Source of the DNA: a virus
Direction: 5' to 3' (one strand)
Length of the DNA stretch: 64,000 nt
IMG/VR virus record: IMGVR_UViG_3300020403_000005
Span: 20,363 to 84,362 of that record
In this document: positions 17,958 through 26,269 of the stretch, one piece after another
Numbering within the stretch: the first letter of the stretch is position 1
Layout: the number at the start of each line of letters is the position of its first letter
Made by a program: the position numbers and the translations under genes
The notes under the pieces: model-generated
What the model was told of the DNA's origin: nothing
What the model saw: only the letters and a program-made list of their open reading frames with translations
The model's database searches: none

Positions 17958-18309
17958 ACCCAAGAAAGTAAAGAAAGAGTGGGGGTATGAATTATGGCTC
18001 GCCAACAACGAAAAAGAAGACTACTGCGGTAAGATTCTTTTTATTAAAAGCGGTCACTCCACCTCAATGCACTATCACGTACACAAACACGAGACATTCC
18101 ATGTTTTAGAGGGCGTACTGAGAGTAGATATGCTTAGAGATATTAATAAACCATCCTCGCACCCATTCAGCATGACCGCAAAAAAAGGCGAAAGCATGGA
18201 AATGGAAAGAGGGCAAGCTCACAAACTAATGGCTACCAACGGAGACGTAACGCTAATAGAAATAAGCAAGTTCCACAGAGACGAAGACAGCAAAAGACTT
18301 TACAAATAA
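17944..18309 (+). CDS. cupin-domain protein (sugar isomerase-like)
   Basis: KEWGYE, YCGKIL, SMHYHVHKHETFHVLEG, H...IEIS. Confidence 0.82.
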   Translation: MTPFEPKKVKKEWGYELWLANNEKEDYCGKILFIKSGHSTSMHYHVHKHETFHVLEGVLRVDMLRDINKPSSHPFSMTAKKGESMEMERGQAHKLMATNGDVTLIEISKFHRDEDSKRLYK

Positions 18310-18947
18310 TGGACGACCACTTACTTAGATTTGACAAAGATAAAACTCTAGTTTTTATTGACTGTGAGACATTAAATTTATGCCTTAATAAATGTCACAA
18401 TTTACCTTGGCAGGTATCAATGATAAAAGTTCAAGGCGACAGAGGCGTATCCCAGAAAGACTTTTTTATAAAGTGGGACACAAACCTCAAGATAAGCGAG
18501 GACGCCGCGAGAATAACCAGATACAGCCAATCAAAGATAGACAAACACGGCCTTCCGCCAGATGAAGTGTTCCCAACTATTCAAGATTGGCTAGACAACT
18601 GCGATTACGTTGTCGGTCATAATATCTTAGGTTTTGATATTTATTTAATTAAAGATTTGTACGAGGCTCATGGCGCAGATTGGAAACATTTAGTTAATAA
18701 AGTTATAGACACCAACTGTGTCGCCAGAGGTATTAAAATGGGCCTCCAATACCGCCCTGAGAGCGACTTCACGTCCTACCAATACCGAGTATACCACACA
18801 CGAAAAAAAGGGCTTAAATCGAGCCTGACGGCCTTGGGCAAGGAGTTCAGCATAGATCACGACTACGAAAACCTACACAACGCAATCGTAGATTTAGAGC
18901 TTAATATTAAGGTTTGGAATAAACTAAAATGGCAACTTGAAATTTAA
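18309..18947 (+). CDS. DEDDh 3'-5' exonuclease (DnaQ/epsilon-like)
   Basis: FIDCET, GHNILGFD and HNAIVD exonuclease motifs. Confidence 0.9.
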   Translation: MDDHLLRFDKDKTLVFIDCETLNLCLNKCHNLPWQVSMIKVQGDRGVSQKDFFIKWDTNLKISEDAARITRYSQSKIDKHGLPPDEVFPTIQDWLDNCDYVVGHNILGFDIYLIKDLYEAHGADWKHLVNKVIDTNCVARGIKMGLQYRPESDFTSYQYRVYHTRKKGLKSSLTALGKEFSIDHDYENLHNAIVDLELNIKVWNKLKWQLEI

Positions 18948-18970
18948 CCAAAAATGATGTATTATATAAT

Positions 18971-19261
18971 ATGTCGATGGATTTTGTTTACGACCTGACA
19001 GATAAATTAAAAGAGCAGAAAATTGATTACCTCTTAGTCACTGTAAGAACTGGAGAAAAATCAGACAATGCAGATGTTTTTTATCATTTTAAAGATCAAG
19101 ACTCTGTAGACTCTTTAGTAAAAGTTTTAAATACATTTGAAGATATCGTAATACCAGAACAGCCCAAGAAACAACCCAAGAAAAATGATGCCAAAACAAA
19201 AAACACAAGTAAAAAAACGCCCCGCAAAAACCGCCGCAAGAAAGACAAAGACGAAGAATAA
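18971..19261 (+). CDS. hypothetical protein with a basic C-terminal tail
   Basis: 96-aa ORF preceded by TGTATTATA; overlaps the start of dnaE. Confidence 0.65.
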   Translation: MSMDFVYDLTDKLKEQKIDYLLVTVRTGEKSDNADVFYHFKDQDSVDSLVKVLNTFEDIVIPEQPKKQPKKNDAKTKNTSKKTPRKNRRKKDKDEE

Positions 19262-21800
19262 CTTTTCTGATAATTTTGATTTTATTGATTTAGATTTACA
19301 TGGAGTTAGACTGCCATCTTTCGACATCCCAAATGAAGAAAAACGCAAGATTAAAGTAAGTGAAGATGTAGATAATTATGATTTTTTACGAGCGTTATGC
19401 TTGGATGGATTCAACAAACTTAAATTAAAGAAAAACTCCAAAAAGTACAAAGAGTATGTAGAAAGAGTAAAGTACGAACTAGAGACTTTAAAAGATTTAG
19501 GTTTTATTGATTATGTTCTTTTGGTTTGGGACGTAATCAACTTCTGCAAAAAAAATGATATCCCTACAGGATTGGGAAGAGGCTCCGCAGCGGGAAGCAT
19601 TGTTCTGTTTTTGATTGGTGTCACCAAGATCGACCCAGTTAGATATGGCTTATATTTTGAGAGATTCGTTTCAAAGATTCGTGCGAAAAAGCAAATTGTT
19701 GATGGTATCACCTACCTCGATGGATCACTGATGTGTGATGTTGATTTGGACATTTGCTACTACAACCGACAAAAAGTATTGCAGTATTTAGAAGAAAAGT
19801 TCGAAGGTAAAACAAGCAAAATCTTAACCTTAAATACTTTAAGTACCAAATTATTAATCAAAGAATGCGGTAAGATAATCGAAGAAATAGAAGACTCTGA
19901 AATGACTCGCGTTTCAGGATTGATTCCAAAGATGTTCGGCCAAGTCAAAGACCTTCAAGAGTCCTACGATGAGGTAGAAGAATTCAAAAATTGGTGCGAA
20001 AGCAATAAAGATGTCTACAACGTAGCTCTAAAGCTTAGAGGGCTTGTAAAAAATAAGGGGGTGCATCCTTCGGCAGTTGCCATCTCTTATGATAAAATGG
20101 ATAGCTCATGCCCGACTGAATTAACCTCTGACAAGTCTACGTTCGTTTCGTCGTTTGATATGAATTGGGTTTCTGAGTTCAATGTAAAGCTAGATATCCT
20201 TGGACTGAGAAGCGTCTCGGTAGTTGACCAAGCATGTAAACTGATCGGAATAAAAGTAGAGGATATTGATATCAACGATCTTGAGATTTACAGACAGCTA
20301 CAAGACCTGAAGACTCCTCATGGGTTATTCCAAATTGAAGCAGAGACAAACTACAAGGTCTGCCAAACCGTCAAGCCGATGAATCTAGAGCAGTTGAGCG
20401 CGGTTTTGGCTATCGCCCGACCAGGTGCATTATCATTCATGGACCAGTATGCGCGTTATGTGCAGACGGGAGAACCAGAATCAATTCATCCATTTTTTGA
20501 TGACATCCTCGAAGAGACGGGCGGCGTTGCGCTCTATCAAGAGCAGTTAATGAAGATGGCTCACAAGATTGGTTTTACTCTCGACGAAGCGGAAATTTTA
20601 CGCCGAATCGTAGGAAAGAAAAAAGTCGAACAGGTCAGAGAATGGAAACAAAAAATTTCTGACAAAATTCAAGAAAATAAACTAGACCCAGAAATTGGAG
20701 ATGTGCTCTGGAAAATTCTGGAAGACTCAGCAAATTATTCGTTCAATAAGTCTCACTCGATTGCATACGCAGCATTAGCCGCTTCTACGATCTGGCTCAA
20801 GTTCAAGTACCCAAAAGAGTTCTTTATGAGCTTGCTACAAATGACTAGACACGAACCTGATCCGATTGCGGAGATATCCAAGATTCACAAAGAGTTTCAT
20901 TACTTCAACTTGCAGCTTCACCCGCCGCACATAATTAAATCCGAAATGGACTTTAACATTGAAGAAGATGGCATCAGATTTGGACTACTCTCAATTAAAG
21001 GGATATCTGAAAAATCTATCGAAAAGCTAAACGACTTCAAAGACGAATACTCCAATAAGTTTGAAATCTTCCAAGCCGCAGAAGAAGCTGGCGTGAGTAC
21101 GAGTGTTTTATGTCCATTGATTCAAGCTGGAGCTTTAGAAGGCTTTAAACAGTCACGCGCTAAAGTAGCCTACGAGGCCCAACTCTGGAGTATTTTAACC
21201 AACAGAGAAAAGAAACTAGCTATACCACTAGCAGAAAAATACGATTATGATTTAGTTAAAGTGGTTAAATATATGTCTAGCTCTAAGGATGAAAATAGCA
21301 AAGACATGATTAAAGAGTCCAGATTAGACACTATAAGTAAACGATGCGAACGATACAAAGAAATATATAACCATAATAAATCTAATGAAAGTTTTACTAA
21401 TTGGTATTATGAGAAAAATTTATTAGGATATACTTATGGTAAAACATTGTATGATATCTTTTCCTGCGAGCGTAGAGGGTTAATGCACATCGAAACCGTA
21501 AACGGACTTTCAGAAAGAGATCGTTGCGTTTTTGTGGGTAGAGTTGAAGAAGATGCAATATCAAGAACCTCCAAGAACGGTAATAAATATGGTAAAATAC
21601 TAGTTGGAGATGAAACGGCCAGTGTAAGAGTTATGATTTTTAAAGAAAAGCTGGAACAATGCAAAGAGATGAACGGAGGTTTACCGAAGGCTGGAGAAAT
21701 AGTTATAGTAAAAGGAACAAAAATGGATGAACCAGTTTTTGCTGACGTTATTTCCGTGCAGGACAGAGCAGTAATAAAGTACGCAGAACTCAAAAAATAG
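19185..21800 (+). CDS. dnaE: DNA polymerase III alpha catalytic subunit lacking the PHP domain
   Basis: GRGSAAGS, FERF, DVDLD, KLDILGL, YQEQLM, FNKSHS and a C-terminal OB fold. Confidence 0.95.
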   Translation: MMPKQKTQVKKRPAKTAARKTKTKNNFSDNFDFIDLDLHGVRLPSFDIPNEEKRKIKVSEDVDNYDFLRALCLDGFNKLKLKKNSKKYKEYVERVKYELETLKDLGFIDYVLLVWDVINFCKKNDIPTGLGRGSAAGSIVLFLIGVTKIDPVRYGLYFERFVSKIRAKKQIVDGITYLDGSLMCDVDLDICYYNRQKVLQYLEEKFEGKTSKILTLNTLSTKLLIKECGKIIEEIEDSEMTRVSGLIPKMFGQVKDLQESYDEVEEFKNWCESNKDVYNVALKLRGLVKNKGVHPSAVAISYDKMDSSCPTELTSDKSTFVSSFDMNWVSEFNVKLDILGLRSVSVVDQACKLIGIKVEDIDINDLEIYRQLQDLKTPHGLFQIEAETNYKVCQTVKPMNLEQLSAVLAIARPGALSFMDQYARYVQTGEPESIHPFFDDILEETGGVALYQEQLMKMAHKIGFTLDEAEILRRIVGKKKVEQVREWKQKISDKIQENKLDPEIGDVLWKILEDSANYSFNKSHSIAYAALAASTIWLKFKYPKEFFMSLLQMTRHEPDPIAEISKIHKEFHYFNLQLHPPHIIKSEMDFNIEEDGIRFGLLSIKGISEKSIEKLNDFKDEYSNKFEIFQAAEEAGVSTSVLCPLIQAGALEGFKQSRAKVAYEAQLWSILTNREKKLAIPLAEKYDYDLVKVVKYMSSSKDENSKDMIKESRLDTISKRCERYKEIYNHNKSNESFTNWYYEKNLLGYTYGKTLYDIFSCERRGLMHIETVNGLSERDRCVFVGRVEEDAISRTSKNGNKYGKILVGDETASVRVMIFKEKLEQCKEMNGGLPKAGEIVIVKGTKMDEPVFADVISVQDRAVIKYAELKK

Positions 21801-21829
21801 TTGACATCAACACAAAAATAAGCTATCAT
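21801..21829 (+). promoter_or_regulatory. sigma70-type promoter
   Basis: TTGACA-17-TATCAT with the CAAAAA box, 9 nt before ATG 21839. Confidence 0.8.
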
Positions 21830-21838
21830 ATATAAACA

Positions 21839-22405
21839 ATGAGAGTTCAATTCTACAAACCAAATGCAAAAGTGACAGGTTCGGCATGTTCGTTCTGGAC
21901 CTCCGAAGACGGATCAATTATGTCTTCGATGATTAAGCAAGATTCTTGGGATGACTCGCGCAAGCGAGGCTCGTTCAGCAAGAACAAAGATAACCCAGCC
22001 AAGAAAGTGATTATCAAATTAAATGTCACTGAAGCTGGATCGATTGTTGACGCGATTGAAAATAACCGTAAATGGAGCGGCTATCACCAATCAAAAAATC
22101 AAGTCACACGAATTAATTTTGGGCCATACGAAAGAAACGGAGAGCAAATTGGGTACTCCTACTCGGTAAACAAAGAAGACAAGGAAGACTCAACCAATAA
22201 AACCAGCTTTATTATTGGCTTCACTTTTGGAGAGGGCGTAGTTCTAAGAGAGGCGTTGATAGACGCGATTAAAAACTCTCTCAAAGACGCAGCGCAGCCT
22301 CAGTCAAGCTATTCTAAACCTCAACAACAAAATCAAGCCCCACAGCAAGCTCCACAGATAGCGCAAATTGCTACGGACAGCTTTGATGACGATGACGAGT
22401 GGTAA
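21839..22405 (+). CDS. putative single-stranded DNA-binding protein
   Basis: Beta-rich aromatic core, Q/P-rich linker and acidic tail DSFDDDDEW; follows the polymerase. Confidence 0.55.
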   Translation: MRVQFYKPNAKVTGSACSFWTSEDGSIMSSMIKQDSWDDSRKRGSFSKNKDNPAKKVIIKLNVTEAGSIVDAIENNRKWSGYHQSKNQVTRINFGPYERNGEQIGYSYSVNKEDKEDSTNKTSFIIGFTFGEGVVLREALIDAIKNSLKDAAQPQSSYSKPQQQNQAPQQAPQIAQIATDSFDDDDEW

Positions 22406-24327
22406 TGGCTAAAAAACGTATTCTATATCAGTCAGACTTTTCTCTGGCTAAAACGGGCTTTGGTAGATGCTCCAAAGCTCTTTTAAGTTATTTATATAGC
22501 ACTGGTAAATATGATATCTACCACTACTGCTGCGGAATGAGAGAAGGCGATCAAGTCGCCAACCTTTCAAGAACACCTTGGAAAAGCATCGGCACGTTAC
22601 CGAGTGATAACGCCGAAATGCAAAACCTCAATAAAGACCCAGAGGCAATGAGATTGGCTAGTTATGGATCATACTCCATAGACAAAGTAATCAAGGAAAT
22701 CAAGCCCGATGTGTATATAGCGGCTCAAGATATCTGGGGTGTGGATTTCGCAATAGACAAGCCTTGGTTCAAAAATATAAACTCTGTAATCTGGACTACC
22801 CTAGATTCGCTGCCGATATTACCCACCGCAATAAAAGCCGCGAAAAAAGTTGATAATTTGTGGATTTGGTCCAACTTTGCTACCAAAGCATTAAATGAAA
22901 TGGGTTACGGGCAGGTTAAGACCATGCACGGCCCAGTAGAGTCAAAACACTTTCACAGATTAAAACACTCTGATAGACTCAAAATCAGAGAAAGATTCAA
23001 CATTGACCCAGATACCTTCATCTGCGGGTTCGTGTTCAGAAACCAATTAAGAAAATCTGTACCCAATCTTTTAGAGGGCTACGCCTTATGGAAGGAAAAA
23101 TACAAACCCGATAAACCAACAGCCCTTCTACTTCACACCCACTTTGGAGAAGGGTGGGGCATAGAAGCCTTAGCCAAAGAGTATGGAGTACCAACTAAGG
23201 AAATATTAACAACTTATATTTGCAGAGCTTGCAAGAATTATGAAGTCACAAGCTTTGACGGCGTAGAAAGATGGTGTAGATTTTGCGGATCGAAGGGTAG
23301 CCAAATAACGACAAATGTTTCTGATGGCGTTACCGAGGATCAGCTTAATGATGTTTATAATTTAATGGATTTATACGTGCATCCATTTACTTCTGGAGGT
23401 CAAGAGTACCCTATCCAAGAAGCAAAACTGGCAGAGCTTATCACCCTCGTCACTAATTATAGCTGTGGCGAAGAAATGTGCGAAGAAGGCGCATACTCTT
23501 TACCCCTTGATTGGAGTGAATACCGAGAGCATGGCACTCAATTTAAGAAGGCTTCGACAATCCCCTCAAGCATAGCAGAGCAGATTAACAAGGTTTTCAA
23601 AATGAACGCCAAACAGAGAAAGAAGATGGGCCAAAAAGCAAGAAAATGGGCTTTAGATAATTTCTCAATAGAGGTTGTGGGTAAAAAATTTGAAGATTTT
23701 ATAGATTCAGCCAAATCAGTTGACTATGAATCCTTTAAGATAGAAGGGGAAACGAAAGACCCATCTTATGATATACCCACTAGTATTTACTCTGATGTAG
23801 ATTGGATAATTGACGGATACAAAGGTATCCTAAAAATGGAAGTGGACAAAGAAAACCAAGGAGTTAAACACTGGCTAGAGCAAATTGAAAGAGGCATGTC
23901 CAGAGAAGATGTAGAAAAACATTTTAAAGCTGTAGCAGCCAAAGATAATGAAAGCGAACAGAAAAAAGACTTCGCGGATTTTCTAGATAAAGACGACGAA
24001 GGAAAAAGAATTCTGTACGTGATGCCGAGTGACGCAAGCAATGTATTTTTATCCACCAGCCTGTTCGAGTCAATAAACGAGCAATACCCCAACTATAATC
24101 TATACGTAGCAACGCAACCTGAAAACGAGTTCATCTTAGATGGCAACGAGTACGTACACAAAGTGATACCATATATTCAGCAAATGGACGATTTGCTATG
24201 GCTAGAGGGAATAAAAAAACACAAAGGCTACTTCGAAATAGCGTTCCTACCCCACCTTGGAACAGAAAGAAGCCTAGACTACTTACATAACGGCAAAGAT
24301 AAAATTGCTTTTGATATTAAGGGATAA
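22405..24327 (+). CDS. multidomain glycosyltransferase (GT4-like with a zinc-ribbon insert)
   Basis: TGFGR, RNQLRK, SGGQEYPIQEA, CxxC...CxxC insert; start at the ATG overlapping the upstream TAA. Confidence 0.85.
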   Translation: MAKKRILYQSDFSLAKTGFGRCSKALLSYLYSTGKYDIYHYCCGMREGDQVANLSRTPWKSIGTLPSDNAEMQNLNKDPEAMRLASYGSYSIDKVIKEIKPDVYIAAQDIWGVDFAIDKPWFKNINSVIWTTLDSLPILPTAIKAAKKVDNLWIWSNFATKALNEMGYGQVKTMHGPVESKHFHRLKHSDRLKIRERFNIDPDTFICGFVFRNQLRKSVPNLLEGYALWKEKYKPDKPTALLLHTHFGEGWGIEALAKEYGVPTKEILTTYICRACKNYEVTSFDGVERWCRFCGSKGSQITTNVSDGVTEDQLNDVYNLMDLYVHPFTSGGQEYPIQEAKLAELITLVTNYSCGEEMCEEGAYSLPLDWSEYREHGTQFKKASTIPSSIAEQINKVFKMNAKQRKKMGQKARKWALDNFSIEVVGKKFEDFIDSAKSVDYESFKIEGETKDPSYDIPTSIYSDVDWIIDGYKGILKMEVDKENQGVKHWLEQIERGMSREDVEKHFKAVAAKDNESEQKKDFADFLDKDDEGKRILYVMPSDASNVFLSTSLFESINEQYPNYNLYVATQPENEFILDGNEYVHKVIPYIQQMDDLLWLEGIKKHKGYFEIAFLPHLGTERSLDYLHNGKDKIAFDIKG

Positions 24328-24329
24328 AT

Positions 24330-25523
24330 ATGCATGTATTAGAAAGATTCGCGCTATCCTCTGGATTAAAGATAAAATCCCCTCAAATTTTTGAGCACTA
24401 TTACCCTATACCAATAGGCGAATATGTAACCTTTACCACAGAGACAACCTCAGAATCTAACTTTTATGACTACTGGCAAGATGTTATTGATTTGATACAT
24501 CCAGAGCTACAAAAAAATAATATTAAAATTCTACAGCTTGGAAAAGAGTCTTCGCGCAGATTTAAGAATACGCTTTTTGCTGACAACGCTAAAATCGGAC
24601 AGGAGGCATATATAATTAAAAATGGACTCCTTCACTTTGGCGCAGACTCTTACCATGTACACCTAGCAAACTCTTTGGGTAAAAAAATTGCATCAATATA
24701 TTCTCACGTCTTAGCCTCCAATAGAGGTCCGTTTTGGAGAGATGAAGAGCTACAAATTGTAATAGAGCCAGAGAGAGAAGACGATGAAAAACCCTGCTAC
24801 GGAATAGTGGAAAAGAATGACAAATCCATAAACACCATAAAACCAGAAGTCATTGCAAAATCAATTTTAAATTTATTGGGAATCGATTTTAACTTAGTTT
24901 ACTCCACAGAGCAGACGGGATATGAATATCATGAAGATTTTGTAGACGTAGTACCAAATGAGCATTTAGAGAAATACGGAGACGTTAACGGGCTTCCTAA
25001 GCATATGAGAATCAGAATGGACTTAAATTTTGATGAAAGCTTTATGGAAGACTATTTACATCAATTAGGCTCGGCTACGATTATAACCAAGCGGCCAATA
25101 AACCCAAATATATTATTTAATTTTAAAGGCAAGATAAATTCATTAATCTTTAATTATGATAAGTCTTATTCTGGCGACTTGAGCCAATTTATAGGTTTAC
25201 TTAACGCGTGTGACATCAAACATGCGTTTATTTCATTCTTACCTGAAGAGGAATGCGATAAGTTCAAGTTTAAATACATGGATTTAACATTCTTGCAAAG
25301 ACAAGAATTAAGAAGCAAGAAAGACGTTAAATGCGACTTAGACAGCTTATATTATAAATCATCCAAAAGAGTATTAAGCGGCGGTAAAATTTATCCCAGT
25401 GATTGGGCGTGGAAAAACCACAAACCCACAAATACAACACAGAAAGTACCATGCCCGATTGAGGACGATCCAGAGCTTTGGAAAGACTTGGATTATTTCG
25501 CTTTAGTTAAGAAAATTGGTTGA
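24330..25523 (+). CDS. GT9 (heptosyltransferase)-like protein
   Basis: ILQLG, HFGADSYHVHLANSLGKKIASIY and INTIKPEVI motifs. Confidence 0.7.
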   Translation: MHVLERFALSSGLKIKSPQIFEHYYPIPIGEYVTFTTETTSESNFYDYWQDVIDLIHPELQKNNIKILQLGKESSRRFKNTLFADNAKIGQEAYIIKNGLLHFGADSYHVHLANSLGKKIASIYSHVLASNRGPFWRDEELQIVIEPEREDDEKPCYGIVEKNDKSINTIKPEVIAKSILNLLGIDFNLVYSTEQTGYEYHEDFVDVVPNEHLEKYGDVNGLPKHMRIRMDLNFDESFMEDYLHQLGSATIITKRPINPNILFNFKGKINSLIFNYDKSYSGDLSQFIGLLNACDIKHAFISFLPEEECDKFKFKYMDLTFLQRQELRSKKDVKCDLDSLYYKSSKRVLSGGKIYPSDWAWKNHKPTNTTQKVPCPIEDDPELWKDLDYFALVKKIG

Positions 25524-25548
25524 CAAACAACCAAAATAATGATATATT
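25520..25548 (+). promoter_or_regulatory. sigma70-type promoter
   Basis: TTGACA-17-TATATT with an extended -10 TG, 6 nt before ATG 25555. Confidence 0.8.
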
Positions 25549-25554
25549 AAAACT

Positions 25555-26265
25555 ATGCCTAGAAGAAAAACTACTAAAAGAGTAGCCGTAGATAGAGATG
25601 ATAGCGGCTTGATTACGCAACCTGAAATTAATTATGTATTCAACGATGACGGAACCGTAGATTGGCGCAAAATGGTCAAAGAAGAGTTCCTAGTAGCAAA
25701 CAAACAAAGAACACAAGAAACAGACGTAACAAAACTAGAAGACTATCAATTAATTATTTTACTTGGCGGAATTAAAGAGTTAGCTCAGATTCGCGGGTAT
25801 ACAAACGTCCGCTACGATGTGGTATCTCCATCCCCAGATTATGTTGTTGCTACCTGCTCGATTGATTGGATTCCCAATTACGAAACAGAAGGTAGACCCG
25901 TAACCTTCTCAGCCATTGGAGACGCCTCTCCATCGAACACCCAGAGCTTTGCTAAGTTTTTCTTGGGGCCAATAGCCGAAAACAGAGCGTTTGTGAGATG
26001 CGTTCGTAATTTCTTGAAGATTAATATTGTAGCTAAAGAAGAGCTTGGCGACACAAAAATATTTGAAGAAGATCAATCGGCTGTTAAATCTACCGATCCT
26101 AAAGCCCTGCTTGAAAACGTCATGAAGGACAAGGGCGTAACATTCAAGCAAATTCAAACCAAGTTAGTTCAAGAAAAACTGTCTGGAGCCGAATCATTTG
26201 AATCGCTTTCAGATATTCCCAAAGCAAAAGTTTTTGAACTTATACAAAGAATAAAAAATAAGTAA
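25555..26265 (+). CDS. putative Rad52/ERF-like single-strand annealing protein
   Basis: Three beta strands, then AIGDAS and the helix IAENRAFVRCVRNFLKI. Confidence 0.5.
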   Translation: MPRRKTTKRVAVDRDDSGLITQPEINYVFNDDGTVDWRKMVKEEFLVANKQRTQETDVTKLEDYQLIILLGGIKELAQIRGYTNVRYDVVSPSPDYVVATCSIDWIPNYETEGRPVTFSAIGDASPSNTQSFAKFFLGPIAENRAFVRCVRNFLKINIVAKEELGDTKIFEEDQSAVKSTDPKALLENVMKDKGVTFKQIQTKLVQEKLSGAESFESLSDIPKAKVFELIQRIKNK

Positions 26266-26269
26266 CTTA

